DNA of 60,013 bases, the filler included. It is 9 parts of 9 records of this genome, joined end to end, with 100 filler letters (N's around TTAATTAATTAA, not from the genome) between each part and the next. Parts side by side here need not be neighbours in the genome. Positions count along the whole stretch, not along the records: positions 26,244 to 31,954 come from SRR31147125_50747; positions 32,055 to 37,259 come from SRR31147125_50750; positions 37,360 to 45,015 come from SRR31147125_50754; 6 more parts are not named here. One strand, 5' to 3'. The notes below the pieces were generated by a model. It worked only from the letters and a program-made list of their open reading frames with translations, did not search any database and had not been told where the DNA came from. The translations under genes were made by a program, and so were the position numbers. Within the stretch, counting starts at the first letter, position 1. The number at the start of each line of letters is the position of its first letter. Positions 30,879 through 42,112 of the stretch are shown here, in pieces.

Positions 30879-31954
30879 ATGGCATCTGAAAAACAAGTAT
30901 TAGAGCAAAAACTATGGAACATAGCTAACGCCTTGAGGGGTAACATGAATGCGAATGAGTTTCGGGATTATATTCTGGGATTTATATTCTATAAATATCT
31001 ATCTGAAAAACTTGAGAATCTTGCAACTAAGGAATTGGAACAAGATGGTTTATCGTTTGCCGAGGCATATGAAATTGAAGAATATAAAGAGCCGCTTCGT
31101 GAAGAATTTCTACAGTCATTGGGCTATTTCATAGAACCTAAATATCTTCTTCATAATATCGCTGAACAAGGTCGTAAAGGCGAGTTCATATTGGATGACT
31201 TAGGTAATGCCTTCAATCTCGTAGAACAATCAGCATTAGGTAAAGCTAGCGAAGAGGATTTTTCGGGTCTATTTGAAGACGTGGATTTAACATCATCGAA
31301 ACTAGGTAAGACTGTTAATGATAAGAATAAGCTTATAATTGATGTTGTTAAGAATGTTGATGAAATTGATTTTAATTATGACGATACTGACATGGATATC
31401 CTCGGTGACGCATACGAGTATTTGATTAGCCAGTTTGCAGCAGGTGCTGGAAAGAAAGCGGGAGAGTTCTACACGCCGCAGCAGGTGTCGAAAATTCTAG
31501 CTAAAATAGTAACGTCCGGAAAGAAAAAATAAGAGACGTATATGATCCGACGTGCGGATCTGGTTCTCTGTTGCTTCGTGTAAAAAGAGAAGTTGAAGTC
31601 GGAAATATATATGGGCAAGAAAGCAACCCGACAACTCACAACTTAGCTAGAATGAATATGCTATTACACGATGTGCCGTTCAGCCATTTTGAAATTGTAC
31701 AAGGTGATACGCTTGAATATCCGGGTCACACGGATAAGAGATTTGAAGCAGTGGTAGCTAATCCACCGTTTTCCGCTAACTGGTCAGCAGATCAAACCTT
31801 CTTATCTGATGAACGCTTCAGTCAATATGGTAAACTAGCGCCGAAATCGAAAGCTGATTTTGCTTTCGTACAACACATGATATATCAGCTCGATGAAAAC
31901 GGAACATTGGCTGTGGTTCTACCTCATGGAGTATTATTTAGAGGCGCTGCAGAA
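30879..31954 (+). CDS. hsdM: Type I R-M methyltransferase subunit M (frameshift at A run about 31524-31529; 3'-truncated)
   Basis: GKKAGEFYTP, then YDPTCGSGSLL and ANPPF in a shifted frame; one added A restores GKKKIRDVYDP. Confidence 0.93.
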
Positions 31955-32054
31955 NNNNNNNNNNNNNNNNNNNNNNNNNNNNNNNNNNNNNNNNNNNNTT
32001 AATTAATTAANNNNNNNNNNNNNNNNNNNNNNNNNNNNNNNNNNNNNNNNNNNN
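31955..32054. other. Artificial contig spacer
   Basis: N run with TTAATTAATTAA. Confidence 0.99.
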
Positions 32055-32104
32055 AAGTAGAGATTCATCTCTACTTTTTTATTTGGGGGTAAATTTTTGC
32101 TAAT

Positions 32105-32132
32105 GTAGAGACGCAAGATTTTGCGTCTCTAT
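32105..32132. repeat. GTAG-family REP-like palindrome
   Basis: GTAGAGACGCAAGATTTTGCGTCTCTAT. Confidence 0.7.
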
Positions 32133-32143
32133 ATATTCATAAA

Positions 32144-32896
32144 TTATTTAATCATGAATTTCGCCACGATAGGGCGATGGTCCGAAGCAACTTTTTCAGG
32201 AATCACTTTTAATCCCATATCCTTTATTCCTCTTTCTTCTGAATAATATATATGGTCAATGATCCAATATGGTTCATCCGCCGGATATGTTAATTCTTGG
32301 GATGGACATCTTTTGAGAACTTTGTCGAGCATCGCGATGGGTTCACTGTCGAGTTGACAATTCAGATCGCCAGCAAGAATGACTTTGTGTTTATCATGTT
32401 CGATAACATCTACTATTTTTTTCATCTGAACGGCTCTATCAGAGTCCTGTCTGTGGTGATCCAAATGTGTGGCATAGAAATTCAAGGTATCTCCATTTTC
32501 CAACTGAACTGAAACCTTCATTAACAAACGCGGTTCATATTCTTCTCTTGAAGGAAGAGGGATTAGCTCTTGGTCAATAATTGGGAGTTTGCTTAAAATA
32601 GCATTCCCGAATTCGCCCCCTTGATAATCAAAAGTTCTCATGAATACACCTTGCATACCTGTTTCTTTCTCAAGAACAGCCATGGCGTCCATTTTACCGC
32701 TGCGCTCGGTGAACATATCCACTTCCTGCAATGCAACCAGATCGGGTTCTTGTTCATTGATCACTTTAGCAATGCGAACGGCATCCAGTTTCTTATCCAT
32801 ACCGCGCATAGCATGAATATTATAGCTCATAACGGTGATCTTATTGCAACCCGTCAAGACAATGAGCAGAAGTAAAGCGATGATGATCTTTTTCAT
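32144..32896 (-). CDS. Endonuclease/exonuclease/phosphatase family lipoprotein
   Basis: Lipobox LTGC, MSYNIH, LQEVD, THLD, AGDLN, IDHI, SDHRP. Confidence 0.93.
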   Translation of the reverse strand: MKKIIIALLLLIVLTGCNKITVMSYNIHAMRGMDKKLDAVRIAKVINEQEPDLVALQEVDMFTERSGKMDAMAVLEKETGMQGVFMRTFDYQGGEFGNAILSKLPIIDQELIPLPSREEYEPRLLMKVSVQLENGDTLNFYATHLDHHRQDSDRAVQMKKIVDVIEHDKHKVILAGDLNCQLDSEPIAMLDKVLKRCPSQELTYPADEPYWIIDHIYYSEERGIKDMGLKVIPEKVASDHRPIVAKFMIK

Positions 32897-32974
32897 AATG
32901 TATCCCTTGATTATGCCATAATTTAGTTTATTACTTCTACATTTACAATATACCACATTCCAAAACCCTGTCAT

Positions 32975-33023
32975 TCCGCCTTCCGGCTTCTGGCTTCTGG
33001 TTTCTGGCTCCTGGTTTCTGACT
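32975..33023. repeat. Heptamer tandem repeat, 7 degenerate TCTGGCT units
   Basis: tccgcct tccggct tctggct tctggtt tctggct cctggtt tctgact. Confidence 0.85.
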
Positions 33024-33031
33024 ACAATGGA

Positions 33032-33055
33032 AAAAGCCTCCCGGAGGAGGCTTTT
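33032..33055 (-). terminator. Rho-independent terminator
   Basis: AAAAGCCTCC-CGGA-GGAGGCTTTT. Confidence 0.85.
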
Positions 33056-33084
33056 AGGGGATATGAATATAGTATAAGTGTGTG

Positions 33085-34671
33085 TTATTTTACCATGAGC
33101 ATTTTGCGGCTGTCACTGTATTCTCCTGCTATAAGACGAGATATATACATACCGGAATTCACTGATAAACCGGCATTGTTTTTACCATCCCACACAACTT
33201 CATGATAGCCTGCGGATGTATTTTCGTTAACTAGGGTTCTTACTAATTTTCCGTTCATATCATAAATATTAAGTATGACTAACTCTTCACTTGAGAGTTC
33301 ATAAGGTATTATAGTTGTAGGGTTAAACGGATTGGGATAATTCGCATTAAGGGCAAATGCTTGAGGTGTGTCGTTCTCACTGATCATAACACTTACGCTA
33401 TGGTCTTCATGAACAACCAATTCATTTGCATATGATAAATCTCCCAATTTGTAGATATATGTCATGCCCGGAACTACATCCTCATCTATATATGAATAAT
33501 TTTGTGTTTCTGTTGTTGTGCCCGCACCATCTATCATAGCGATCACTTCATCATTACGATAGATAAGAAAACTGGCATTATTCTCTTCACTCTCTGTGGC
33601 CCAAGTGATTTCTACTTTGCCTTTTATATATTCAGCAGTAAATTTTTCAAGAGTAATTGGAAGTGATTCCTCGCTAATATTTTGTAAAATAGGATAACCA
33701 TCATTAGTGGTACCTTCTATCGACCATGTGCTAGTAAAATCCCACGCGGTGTAGGTACTTTGAGTTTTCATTTGTGCTGTTGTTCTAATATCTCCCAGGG
33801 CAGACATGAATTGACCGGAAGCTTCGTAATCAAAATGAGTAAAATATGCCGCACTTCCACCTTCTCCACTGGCATCGCTTCCACCTACCATACCACCACC
33901 GTTCGTAACCGAACTTGCAGAATAACAATACGCCAAGGTTGACTCTCCAACATAACCGATCATACCACCATTATTTGAATTCATTAATCCGATCATTGCA
34001 CCTTTAGCAAAGCAATTTGACATTGTAGATTTTTGTATTTGACCAAACAATACGCCCGAATTCTGGTAGCTGGTAACATATGCACTAGAAGCGCTCTCTT
34101 CAATGTTAATATCTGTGCCAAACTCACCCTGCGCTCTACCGGCAATACCGCCAACATTTGTAATACCGCTTATCTCACCATGCACCGAACAATCACTGAT
34201 ATCATATTTGGTTATTATTCCAACAATACCGCCAACGTCCTGTGATCCCGTAATATCAACATGCTTAAGTCTTATGCCACTAAGAGTAGCCTTATTGCCG
34301 ACGCCAACGGGTCCGTACAAAGTTCCAAATAAACCCACGTTATTTTCACTTGATCTGTTGATATACAAATTTTCGATCACATATCCCTGACCGTCATAAT
34401 GACCTGAACCACCAGTATTATCAATTGGATCCCAACCATAATATCCACCGGATCCGTCACTGTTCCATGTTGATGTTTCAGAGGCATCAATGTCTGCAGT
34501 CTGAATACAATAACCCGGGAAACCCATAACCTTTAGCCAATATAAATTTTCGATCGAAGCGATCTGATATGGATTACCAACAGACCCATCTCCGCTTGGT
34601 GAAACCGGTGTCTGAGCGGCAAATACAATTGCCGTAAGCAATACAACGATTATTAATACTGTTCTTTTCAT
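33085..34671 (-). CDS. Secreted GLUG-repeat protein with FlgD-Ig/T9SS type A-like C-terminal domain
   Basis: Signal peptide, GDGSVGNPYQI, VGGIVG repeats, LPITL, NYPNPFNP...KMLMVK. Confidence 0.88.
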   Translation of the reverse strand: MKRTVLIIVVLLTAIVFAAQTPVSPSGDGSVGNPYQIASIENLYWLKVMGFPGYCIQTADIDASETSTWNSDGSGGYYGWDPIDNTGGSGHYDGQGYVIENLYINRSSENNVGLFGTLYGPVGVGNKATLSGIRLKHVDITGSQDVGGIVGIITKYDISDCSVHGEISGITNVGGIAGRAQGEFGTDINIEESASSAYVTSYQNSGVLFGQIQKSTMSNCFAKGAMIGLMNSNNGGMIGYVGESTLAYCYSASSVTNGGGMVGGSDASGEGGSAAYFTHFDYEASGQFMSALGDIRTTAQMKTQSTYTAWDFTSTWSIEGTTNDGYPILQNISEESLPITLEKFTAEYIKGKVEITWATESEENNASFLIYRNDEVIAMIDGAGTTTETQNYSYIDEDVVPGMTYIYKLGDLSYANELVVHEDHSVSVMISENDTPQAFALNANYPNPFNPTTIIPYELSSEELVILNIYDMNGKLVRTLVNENTSAGYHEVVWDGKNNAGLSVNSGMYISRLIAGEYSDSRKMLMVK

Positions 34672-34738
34672 GATCTTATCCCCTAAGCTCATTTAAAAAT
34701 TGCCTGTTTTCAGGCGGTTCTTGTTTTTCAATCGAGTG

Positions 34739-34767
34739 ATAATAAGTTCTTAGTTATGAATTGACAA
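34739..34767 (-). promoter_or_regulatory. Sigma70-type promoter
   Basis: TTGTCA-N17-TATTAT; conserved upstream of the paralog. Confidence 0.65.
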
Positions 34768-34834
34768 GAGTATTATATCGATTAATTATTATTTAATCAG
34801 GTGCTGATAATATTAATTAAAACCTAAAATAAAA

Positions 34835-34856
34835 GAAGCAGACTTATGTCTGCTTC
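34835..34856 (-). terminator. Rho-independent terminator
   Basis: GAAGCAGAC-TTAT-GTCTGCTTC with a U tract on the minus strand. Confidence 0.8.
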
Positions 34857-34895
34857 AATTTATTTTTAAAAATATATTAAGGTTTCCTTAAGAGC

Positions 34896-36470
34896 TTATT
34901 TCACTAAAAGCATCTTTTTTGATGCGGAATAATCACCTGCGGTGATCCTTGAAATGTACATACCTGATTCAACATCTAGCCCCATGTCGTTTTTACCGTT
35001 CCATAAAGCTGTGTGATAACCCGCCGACTTTATCTCGCTCACCAAAGATCTGACCATCTTTCCGCTGATGTCGTAAATACTAAGAGTCACTTCTTGTTCT
35101 TCACTAATGGAATATGGGATGCTGGTGTTCGGGTTGAAAGGATTAGGATAATTTGCATCCAAAGCATATGTCATATCAGCAATGTTTTCCCCGACCGTAA
35201 CAGTAACAGCAAAATCTTCATATATCACTATATCGTTAGAGTATGAGACATCCGCCAATTTATAAACATAGCTTCCTCCCGGAACTACATTGGGATCACA
35301 GTATGAATAGTAATGGGTTTCGCTTGTTGTGCCGGCACCCTCAAGAGATCCTATGACCTCATCGTTTCGGTAGATCAAGAAGTAAGCATTATTGGTTTCA
35401 GAAGCTGTTTTCCACTCAAGCCGGATCATACCTTTGTCAAACATTGCATCAAATTCTGCAAGCTCGATTGGAGTTGCTCCTTCGGGAAGATTCGTTTGTA
35501 AATAAGGGTAGCCATCATTTAATGAACCATTAATTGACCAGGTGCTGGTAAAATCCCAACCTGAAAATGTAGATTGTGTTTGCATTTGTACTGTTGATTT
35601 TGGAGTACCATGTGGTGAGCTTATCTGTCCTACTGTTTGATAATCCCAGTAACATGAAAAATCAGTACTGCCACCTTCGCCTCCTGAGTCAGAGCCTCCA
35701 ACCAATCCGCCACCACTTGTAACAGCTCCGGTTGCGTAAGAAAGCATGAGAGATGATTTTGTAACGCTACCGATCAAACCACCACCTGAATTAACAGATC
35801 CCTTGGCATAACAATTATATACTGTAGCAGCTCCATTGGTCGCTCCTATTGTTGTCCCGGCTAGCCCCCCGCCTGTAGAGGTGGCAGTTACAGAAGCTGT
35901 ACTATAGCAATTTTGCAGTGTATCCGGTATTGTGAAAGCTGCTCTAAAACTTCCGATCAAACCACCAACTCCACTAACACCTTCTACTGTTCCGCTTGAT
36001 GAGCAATTGCTGATATTAAACTTTGTTGATAAACCCACAAGAGCACCGACTTGCTCATTACCTGTAATATCAACATTTGTTAATTTTAAATTTTTGATTT
36101 CATATAAACCTGATACGGGTCCTGAAGCATATCCAAATAAGCTTGCATAGTTCGTACTTGATCTATTGATATACAGGCTGTCGATAGTATACCCTTGTCC
36201 ATCATAATTACCATCACAAGTTCCTACCGGCCAACCATAATAACCGCCTTCTCCATCTGTAAACCAGTTTGCGGTTTCAGCGGCATTAATATCAGCGGTT
36301 TGAACGGCAAAATTTGTAAACCCCTGGGTCTGCAACCAATACAGGTTTTCAAGGGTCGCTATTTGATACGGTTGTTCTTCCGAACCTTCACCGGAAGGCT
36401 CAGTTGCTGTTTGAGCGCTTATGCTAACTGCCATAGCGATCATCAAAACAAGTAACAAGATCTTTTTCAT
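34896..36470 (-). CDS. Secreted GLUG-repeat protein with T9SS-like CTD (paralog)
   Basis: Same architecture as 33085..34671; NYPNPFNP...KMLLVK. Confidence 0.88.
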   Translation of the reverse strand: MKKILLLVLMIAMAVSISAQTATEPSGEGSEEQPYQIATLENLYWLQTQGFTNFAVQTADINAAETANWFTDGEGGYYGWPVGTCDGNYDGQGYTIDSLYINRSSTNYASLFGYASGPVSGLYEIKNLKLTNVDITGNEQVGALVGLSTKFNISNCSSSGTVEGVSGVGGLIGSFRAAFTIPDTLQNCYSTASVTATSTGGGLAGTTIGATNGAATVYNCYAKGSVNSGGGLIGSVTKSSLMLSYATGAVTSGGGLVGGSDSGGEGGSTDFSCYWDYQTVGQISSPHGTPKSTVQMQTQSTFSGWDFTSTWSINGSLNDGYPYLQTNLPEGATPIELAEFDAMFDKGMIRLEWKTASETNNAYFLIYRNDEVIGSLEGAGTTSETHYYSYCDPNVVPGGSYVYKLADVSYSNDIVIYEDFAVTVTVGENIADMTYALDANYPNPFNPNTSIPYSISEEQEVTLSIYDISGKMVRSLVSEIKSAGYHTALWNGKNDMGLDVESGMYISRITAGDYSASKKMLLVK

Positions 36471-36565
36471 TTTTTCCCCTTTAATATGACTTCTTTGATC
36501 TGTTAAGATCCCGATCCGGGATCTGATTTTCATTTCAAACAAATTTGCTTAACAAATAAGAGGAA

Positions 36566-36594
36566 AAACTACTTTCTTATTTATGAAAAGACAA
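36566..36594 (-). promoter_or_regulatory. Sigma70-type promoter (paralogous copy)
   Basis: TTGTCT-N17-TAGTTT with a spacer similar to 34739-34767. Confidence 0.55.
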
Positions 36595-36655
36595 GAATAT
36601 TTTAGTTATTAAATAATTATTAATAATATCTTTATTTTTTAAGGATATAATAAAA

Positions 36656-36687
36656 AAATTAAAGCAGTCTGTAGACTGCTTTAATTT
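36656..36687 (-). terminator. Terminator after trpB
   Basis: AAATTAAAGCAGTC-TGTA-GACTGCTTTAATTT. Confidence 0.8.
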
Positions 36688-36709
36688 ATATTTTATTTTA
36701 ACTTAAGAT

Positions 36710-37259
36710 TTATTCTACGCCGTATTCTTTGCCGTATTTATCTGCAACAAAGTCAATGTCTTTATCACCGCGGCCGGAAAGATTAACCAGAATGGTGTGA
36801 TCTTTAGAAAGTGTCGGCGCCAGTTTCATAACGTATGCAATAGCATGTGCAGATTCAAGAGCGGGGATAATACCCTCTACTCGTGATATTTCAAAGAAAG
36901 CATCAATGGCTTCTTTGTCATTAGCTGTGACATATTTTACACGTTCAATGTCTTTCAGATATGAATGCTGGGGTCCAACTCCGGGATAATCCAATCCGGA
37001 TGCTACTGAATAGACTGGAGCAGGCTCGCCTTTTTCATCCTGTATGAGATGACACTTGAATCCATGAATGACACCGGGTTTACCGACCGTCATAGTCGCG
37101 GCATGTTCTCCGTCTTTAAAACTAAGACCTGAAGGTTCAACACCATAGATCTCAACATCGTCTTCAAGAAATTCTGTAAACAGGCCGATAGCGTTTGATC
37201 CGCCACCAACACAAGCCATTAGCGTATCAGGAAGTTTGCCCGTCATTTGCTGGAATTGT
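36710..37259 (-). CDS. trpB: Tryptophan synthase beta chain, C-terminal part (5'-truncated)
   Basis: [42 protein letters not shown]. Confidence 0.96.
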
Positions 37260-37359
37260 NNNNNNNNNNNNNNNNNNNNNNNNNNNNNNNNNNNNNNNNN
37301 NNNTTAATTAATTAANNNNNNNNNNNNNNNNNNNNNNNNNNNNNNNNNNNNNNNNNNNN
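37260..37359. other. Artificial contig spacer
   Basis: N run with TTAATTAATTAA. Confidence 0.99.
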
Positions 37360-39164
37360 GGAGAGTTGGTTAAATTGTACATGTACGGAATATGGAAACT
37401 CGGTTCGTTACCCATTGAAAACTGACCAACAATACCTGTAAAATCTGGGAAGCGGGCATTTAATGCGTAAGTACTTCTACCCAAATCTTCGCGAAAAAGC
37501 TGGTCGAGGTGCTGTTCAAAGACATCCTTTCCTCCCATTAATTCCTGCAAGCCTCTTATATCTTGCTGAACATTCCAAAGGTAAGTCCAGCCGTTATTTT
37601 CGTCGTAATAATCACGACCGCCCATGCCACCATCAAATTTTGGGTCTATGTCAATCCAATTTCCATCTTTGTCTTTTGGCATAAAGAATCCTTTCTCTTG
37701 CCAATACAGGTTCTTGTAATTTTGGGCGTGTTTCGAAAACAATTCATAATCTTCTGTTTTACCCAATTCTTTTGCCATTTCAGCCAATGCCCAATCATCG
37801 TAACTATGCCCCAAGGTAACCGCTACCGATTGTCGTTTTTCAAAACCATCAACCTCCGGTACAGTTTCTTTTTCTCCGGGATAAAGAGCCGGGAAATATC
37901 CATTATCGTGATAGAATTCGTCTAATTCGCAACCAGCACCCACACGCCAGGGCACACGGGTTCCTTCGTAAAAATTTCGCTTCATTGCTTCGTAAGCCAC
38001 ATTCACATCAAAATCGCGAATTCCCTTTCGCCAGGCATCTAAAATCATAATGGTTGAATGAAATCCATTCATCGGACGGGTATCGCCAAAAACCTGCGGA
38101 AACTGCGGCAACCACCCCGACTGCTCGTACATTCTGATGTAGGAAGCAATCATATCCGCTTCCAACTCCGGTTGCAGAATGTAGCGCAGCGGATGTAGTG
38201 CCAAATAGGTATCCCAGCACCAATCGTCAACATAAAAATCCCTCTCTCCAATGTGTATGCTTTTGTCGTAATTGCTGTAATATTTGTCGCCCTCCGAAAT
38301 GTCTACCATTCGTTCGTACGAGCGATAAAGTGCAGTGTAAAATGTTCTTCGGTAGGCTTCTGTTCCACCCTCAACCTGAATTTGATTGATTACTTTCGAC
38401 CACTTTTTGCGTGCCGTTGTTTTTACTTTTTCAAAATCCCAGTCAGGTATTTCGCTCGCCAAATTGTTTTTTGCCTGTTCTGTACTGATATATGAAATTC
38501 CGTATTTGAAATTAACTTGGCCAGCTTCGTTTTGCCAGCTAATCCAACTGTTGTTACCTGCTTTTTCGTACCCTCCTTTTACATCAAACTCACCATAAGC
38601 AAAAGCTTTCATCCCCTCAAAAAATTCGGTTCCCGTAATTGAACCATCTTCATTTAGCTGCCAATCTATTCCGTTAATTTTCCTCAGAAACAATTTTTTG
38701 TCAGCTGGATTCCCGTAAGTAAATCGATAGAATCCGGCACGTTCCGTTGGTGTGTATTCAACCGTAATATCAAAATCCTGCAACCAGGTTGAGTAATAAA
38801 ATGGTGAAGCTTTTTCCAACTCATGGTCCCATGCAGAAACAGGGTGTTCATATTTATTTACTTCGCCAGAAACCGGTAAAATATTAAAAAGTGGGTCTGA
38901 ACGATGTTTCATCATATTCAAAGGAAACGAACGGATTTGGTCGTCGCGGTAATCTTTTCTTTCCGGGTATACACGTACCATAGAGTTGGGGATGTGCATC
39001 CGTGTTCGTGTTGGTTGCAGGAATGGTGCAACCCCTCCAATTTGAGGGTCGATGTATTTTAGAAAATCGGTTTCTTTTTCAATTTCAGACTGTTGCGTGC
39101 ATGAAAACAACAGGACTAAAGCAAACAAGCTAAATATTATTGGATTATGTTTTTGTCTGTTCAT
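37360..39164 (-). CDS. GH92 alpha-mannosidase lipoprotein (3'-truncated)
   Basis: Lipobox FSC, FYTALY, WDTYLALHPL, YDDW, MGNEPSFHIPY. Confidence 0.93.
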
Positions 39165-39219
39165 TTTGAATAAGTTTATTAACGTATCTTTTATGATTTT
39201 TAAATTTTATTCATTCAAT

Positions 39220-39277
39220 ACCCCTCTGCCATCCTCCCACTTGCCTTACGCTGGCATCTCCCCTAAATAAGGGGAGA
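39220..39277. repeat. REP-like element (CCCCTC...TCTCCCCT/AGGGGAGA type)
   Basis: ACCCCTCTGCCA...TGGCA-TCTCCCCT-AAATA-AGGGGAGA double hairpin. Confidence 0.55.
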
Positions 39278-39291
39278 CAAAGCGGTTATTT

Positions 39292-40679
39292 TTATTTTTT
39301 ACATGAAGCCTCAAACTTCTTGTATTCATTCATTAATTGTTCTACTACTTCGGGTTTATCTTTTGCTAAATCTTTTGATTCTGTTGGGTCTGTGCTGAGA
39401 TTAAACAATTGAATTTCATTTGCAGGTTTCGAGGGTACCAATCCCGGATAATCCTCCGGACCTGCCTGTCCTTCTATTGGAGCAAGTATCGTTTTCCCAT
39501 CCGGTCCGCGTGGGTCAATCCAATCGGACGGCAAACGTTTATACCTGGGTTCGCGAACAAAAAGTTTCCAATCGCCCTTTCGGATGCTTGAAATATGGTT
39601 GTTGTGCATACTAAAAACGGCTCCATGGGTCTTTTCATTTCCTTTTAGAATTGGGGTAATATTTTGTCCATCGATTGTGTTTTCTTTAGTTCGATTAATT
39701 CCAGTTAAAGCCAATAGTGTGGGGTAAATATCAACCGAAGCACAAGGCACTTCAACCTTTATATTTTGGGGGAATTCTTTAGGATAATTTATAATGAACG
39801 GCACACGAATTCCCCCTCCCAGGTTGTGGCTTTCATACCTTTAAAACCACCGGTGCTACCACCGTACCACGGACCATTGTCTGACATAAAAATTACAATG
39901 GTGTTATCGAGGATTTCCAATTCTTTTAAAGTACTAATTACTTCACCCACCGACCAGTCCAGTTCTTTAATTACGTCGGAGTACAAATCGTTTGGTGTTC
40001 CTGGGGTATAAAATTGTTCTGATGCTGCCAAAGGTTTATGTGGCATGGCATGGCAAAGGTGCATAAAGAAGGGGCGCTCTTTATTTCGTTTTATAAAATC
40101 TATCGCTTTTTCGGTATATCGTTTCGTCAATAAACTTTGGTCAACCGGGTATTCAACCGTGTCTTTATTTTCGATAAGTTGAACAGGGCGCATATCGTTT
40201 GAATACAAAATTCCAAAATACTCGTCGAAGCCATGGTTTACCGGAAAAAAATCTTCTTTGTGCCCCAAATGCCATTTCCCAATACACTTTGTGGCATACC
40301 CGTTTTCTTTAAAAACTTCGGCAAGGGTAATTTCATCTGCTCCAATACCAATATCGTTAATTCCGGCATCGGGTGTTGGATTTCGCACCAAGCCGTGTCT
40401 CAAGGGAAATCTTCCGGTTAGCAAGGTTGCTCTTGAGGGAGCACAATAAGGTGTTGGCACATAAAAATCGGTACATAGAACACCGTTTTCAGCCAGTTTG
40501 TCAATTTGTGGAGTTGGTGTTGATTTAGGATTATAACATGAAATATCGCCATAACCAAGATCGTCGGTTAAGATGATTAGTACGTTGGGTTTATCTACTT
40601 CAATTCTCTCTCCTTTTTTGCTTGAACATGCAAAACAAAAGAGTGTAAGAATAAGAAATATATTAAGTTTTAGGTTCAC
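39292..40679 (-). CDS. S1 sulfatase lipoprotein (frameshift at G run about 39812-39816)
   Basis: PNVLIILTDDLG, CAPSR, GKWHLG, SDNG; one added G restores WEGGIRVP. Confidence 0.92.
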
Positions 40680-40698
40680 GATATTGATTGAATTTGGC

Positions 40699-42009
40699 TT
40701 AGTTCTTAGAATATTCAGGCTGTGATTTACTAAGCGGAATTTCTTTTCGAAGCATTTTCCCAGCCTCGCCGGTTAGCCAGAGGTAATAATCCGATGGTAA
40801 TCCCTCGTAAGTTGCAAACGGGCTTTCTCCTATCGGTGGAGTGTTGGTACATTTAAAAATGCAGGTTCCTTCGTCCACCTCATCGAACATGGCGACATAA
40901 ATGGTTTCAGCACCCGAAAGAATTCCGTTGTAAAACTGCCACCATAAAAAATCGCCTTTTAAACGCGGAATTTGGTTTAAAGGAGTTTCGCCAAAACGCA
41001 GGTTGTGCCAGCTAAAACCCGGAAAAACTACAGGCATGTACAATAAATCATTTTTGTCGCACCACATTTTATCGGCTATCGTCCAGCTTGCTCTATGTTC
41101 ATCTGCACTTTGCAAAGAATTGTACCTTCCCGGTGTCCATGGATGAACAATATCAGCCATTTTAATTAGCTCGTGAATTTTTGGGTCGTTAATGCAATCG
41201 CGTTCCAACGTTCTCCATCCGGTTGGCACACCCAGCAAAACAGAACAACCGCCATACTCCGAGTCGTTTTTAAAGAATTCGATTAGTTCCTGAATATCAC
41301 TCATGGTATATTCTCGGTCAGAAAATCCAACGCCCCAAATAGCAACTACAGGTTTACCTTTGTAAGTTAAAATATTACTTTTTGAAACGTCATTAATTCC
41401 GTGTTTGTCAACCAAAAGTTTCCAGTCTTTTTTGGCATTTTCAACCACCTCGCTTTTGCTCCCCGACATGTCATACATTACGCTAATCAAACGATTATGA
41501 TTTACCGAAGCGTTGTAGCAATTATCGAAAACTTTGGTCATGTTGGCATGCAACTTTTCGTTACGCACATTGGAAACAAAACGTTGAACAAATACACCGT
41601 CGATGCCGTAATCTTTCATCCATTTAAAATGGCGGTCGACCGATTTTGGATGTGCCGAACTAAAAACTGTTGCGGTACTTCCATCAGCATTTTTGAAAGC
41701 TGTAGGAAATTTTTCATCCTTACCATATTCCATCATATCGGGCCAGAAATCGATGGAACACATACCTTATTCAAACTTACCTTGATTTTTGTAGTGTTTC
41801 CAACCAAGGTCCGTGCCATCGCCCTCAGCGTTAAACCAGCCCTGGTAACCACAAAGAATAGTTCCAACTATTGAATTCTCTAATTCTATTTGTTCAGATT
41901 CTTCATCCGTTTTTTCAGGTATTATTTCGTCACCCGAAGAACAAGCCAACACCGAAGTTGAAAGAAAAAGAATAAATATAAATTCGGAAATCCTGGATAT
42001 AATGTACAT
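40699..42009 (-). CDS. GH71/GH99-like glycoside hydrolase lipoprotein (in-frame TAA at 41767-41769)
   Basis: CGYQGWF in the upstream ORF, then FE*GMCSIDFWPD in the same frame; YGIDGVFVQRF, PGFSW, AMFDEVDEGT. Confidence 0.8.
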
Positions 42010-42030
42010 AATGAAATTTTATGAAAAGAT

Positions 42031-42075
42031 ATGGAACAGAATCAATCGGGATTCCTCCCGAAAGATTCTGTCCAT
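42031..42075. other. Intergenic stem-loop within the PUL
   Basis: ATGGA-A-CAGAATC..CGGGA-TTCC-TCCCG..GATTCTG-TCCAT. Confidence 0.65.
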
Positions 42076-42112
42076 GTAACTAACTAACCAAACTAATCTA
42101 TGCAAGAACGAA

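Noticed and set aside
31520-31532. Phase-variable hsdM through a poly-A tract
   Set aside because: The run is only A6 and the same one-base loss occurs in housekeeping genes on other contigs; sequencing error is more likely.
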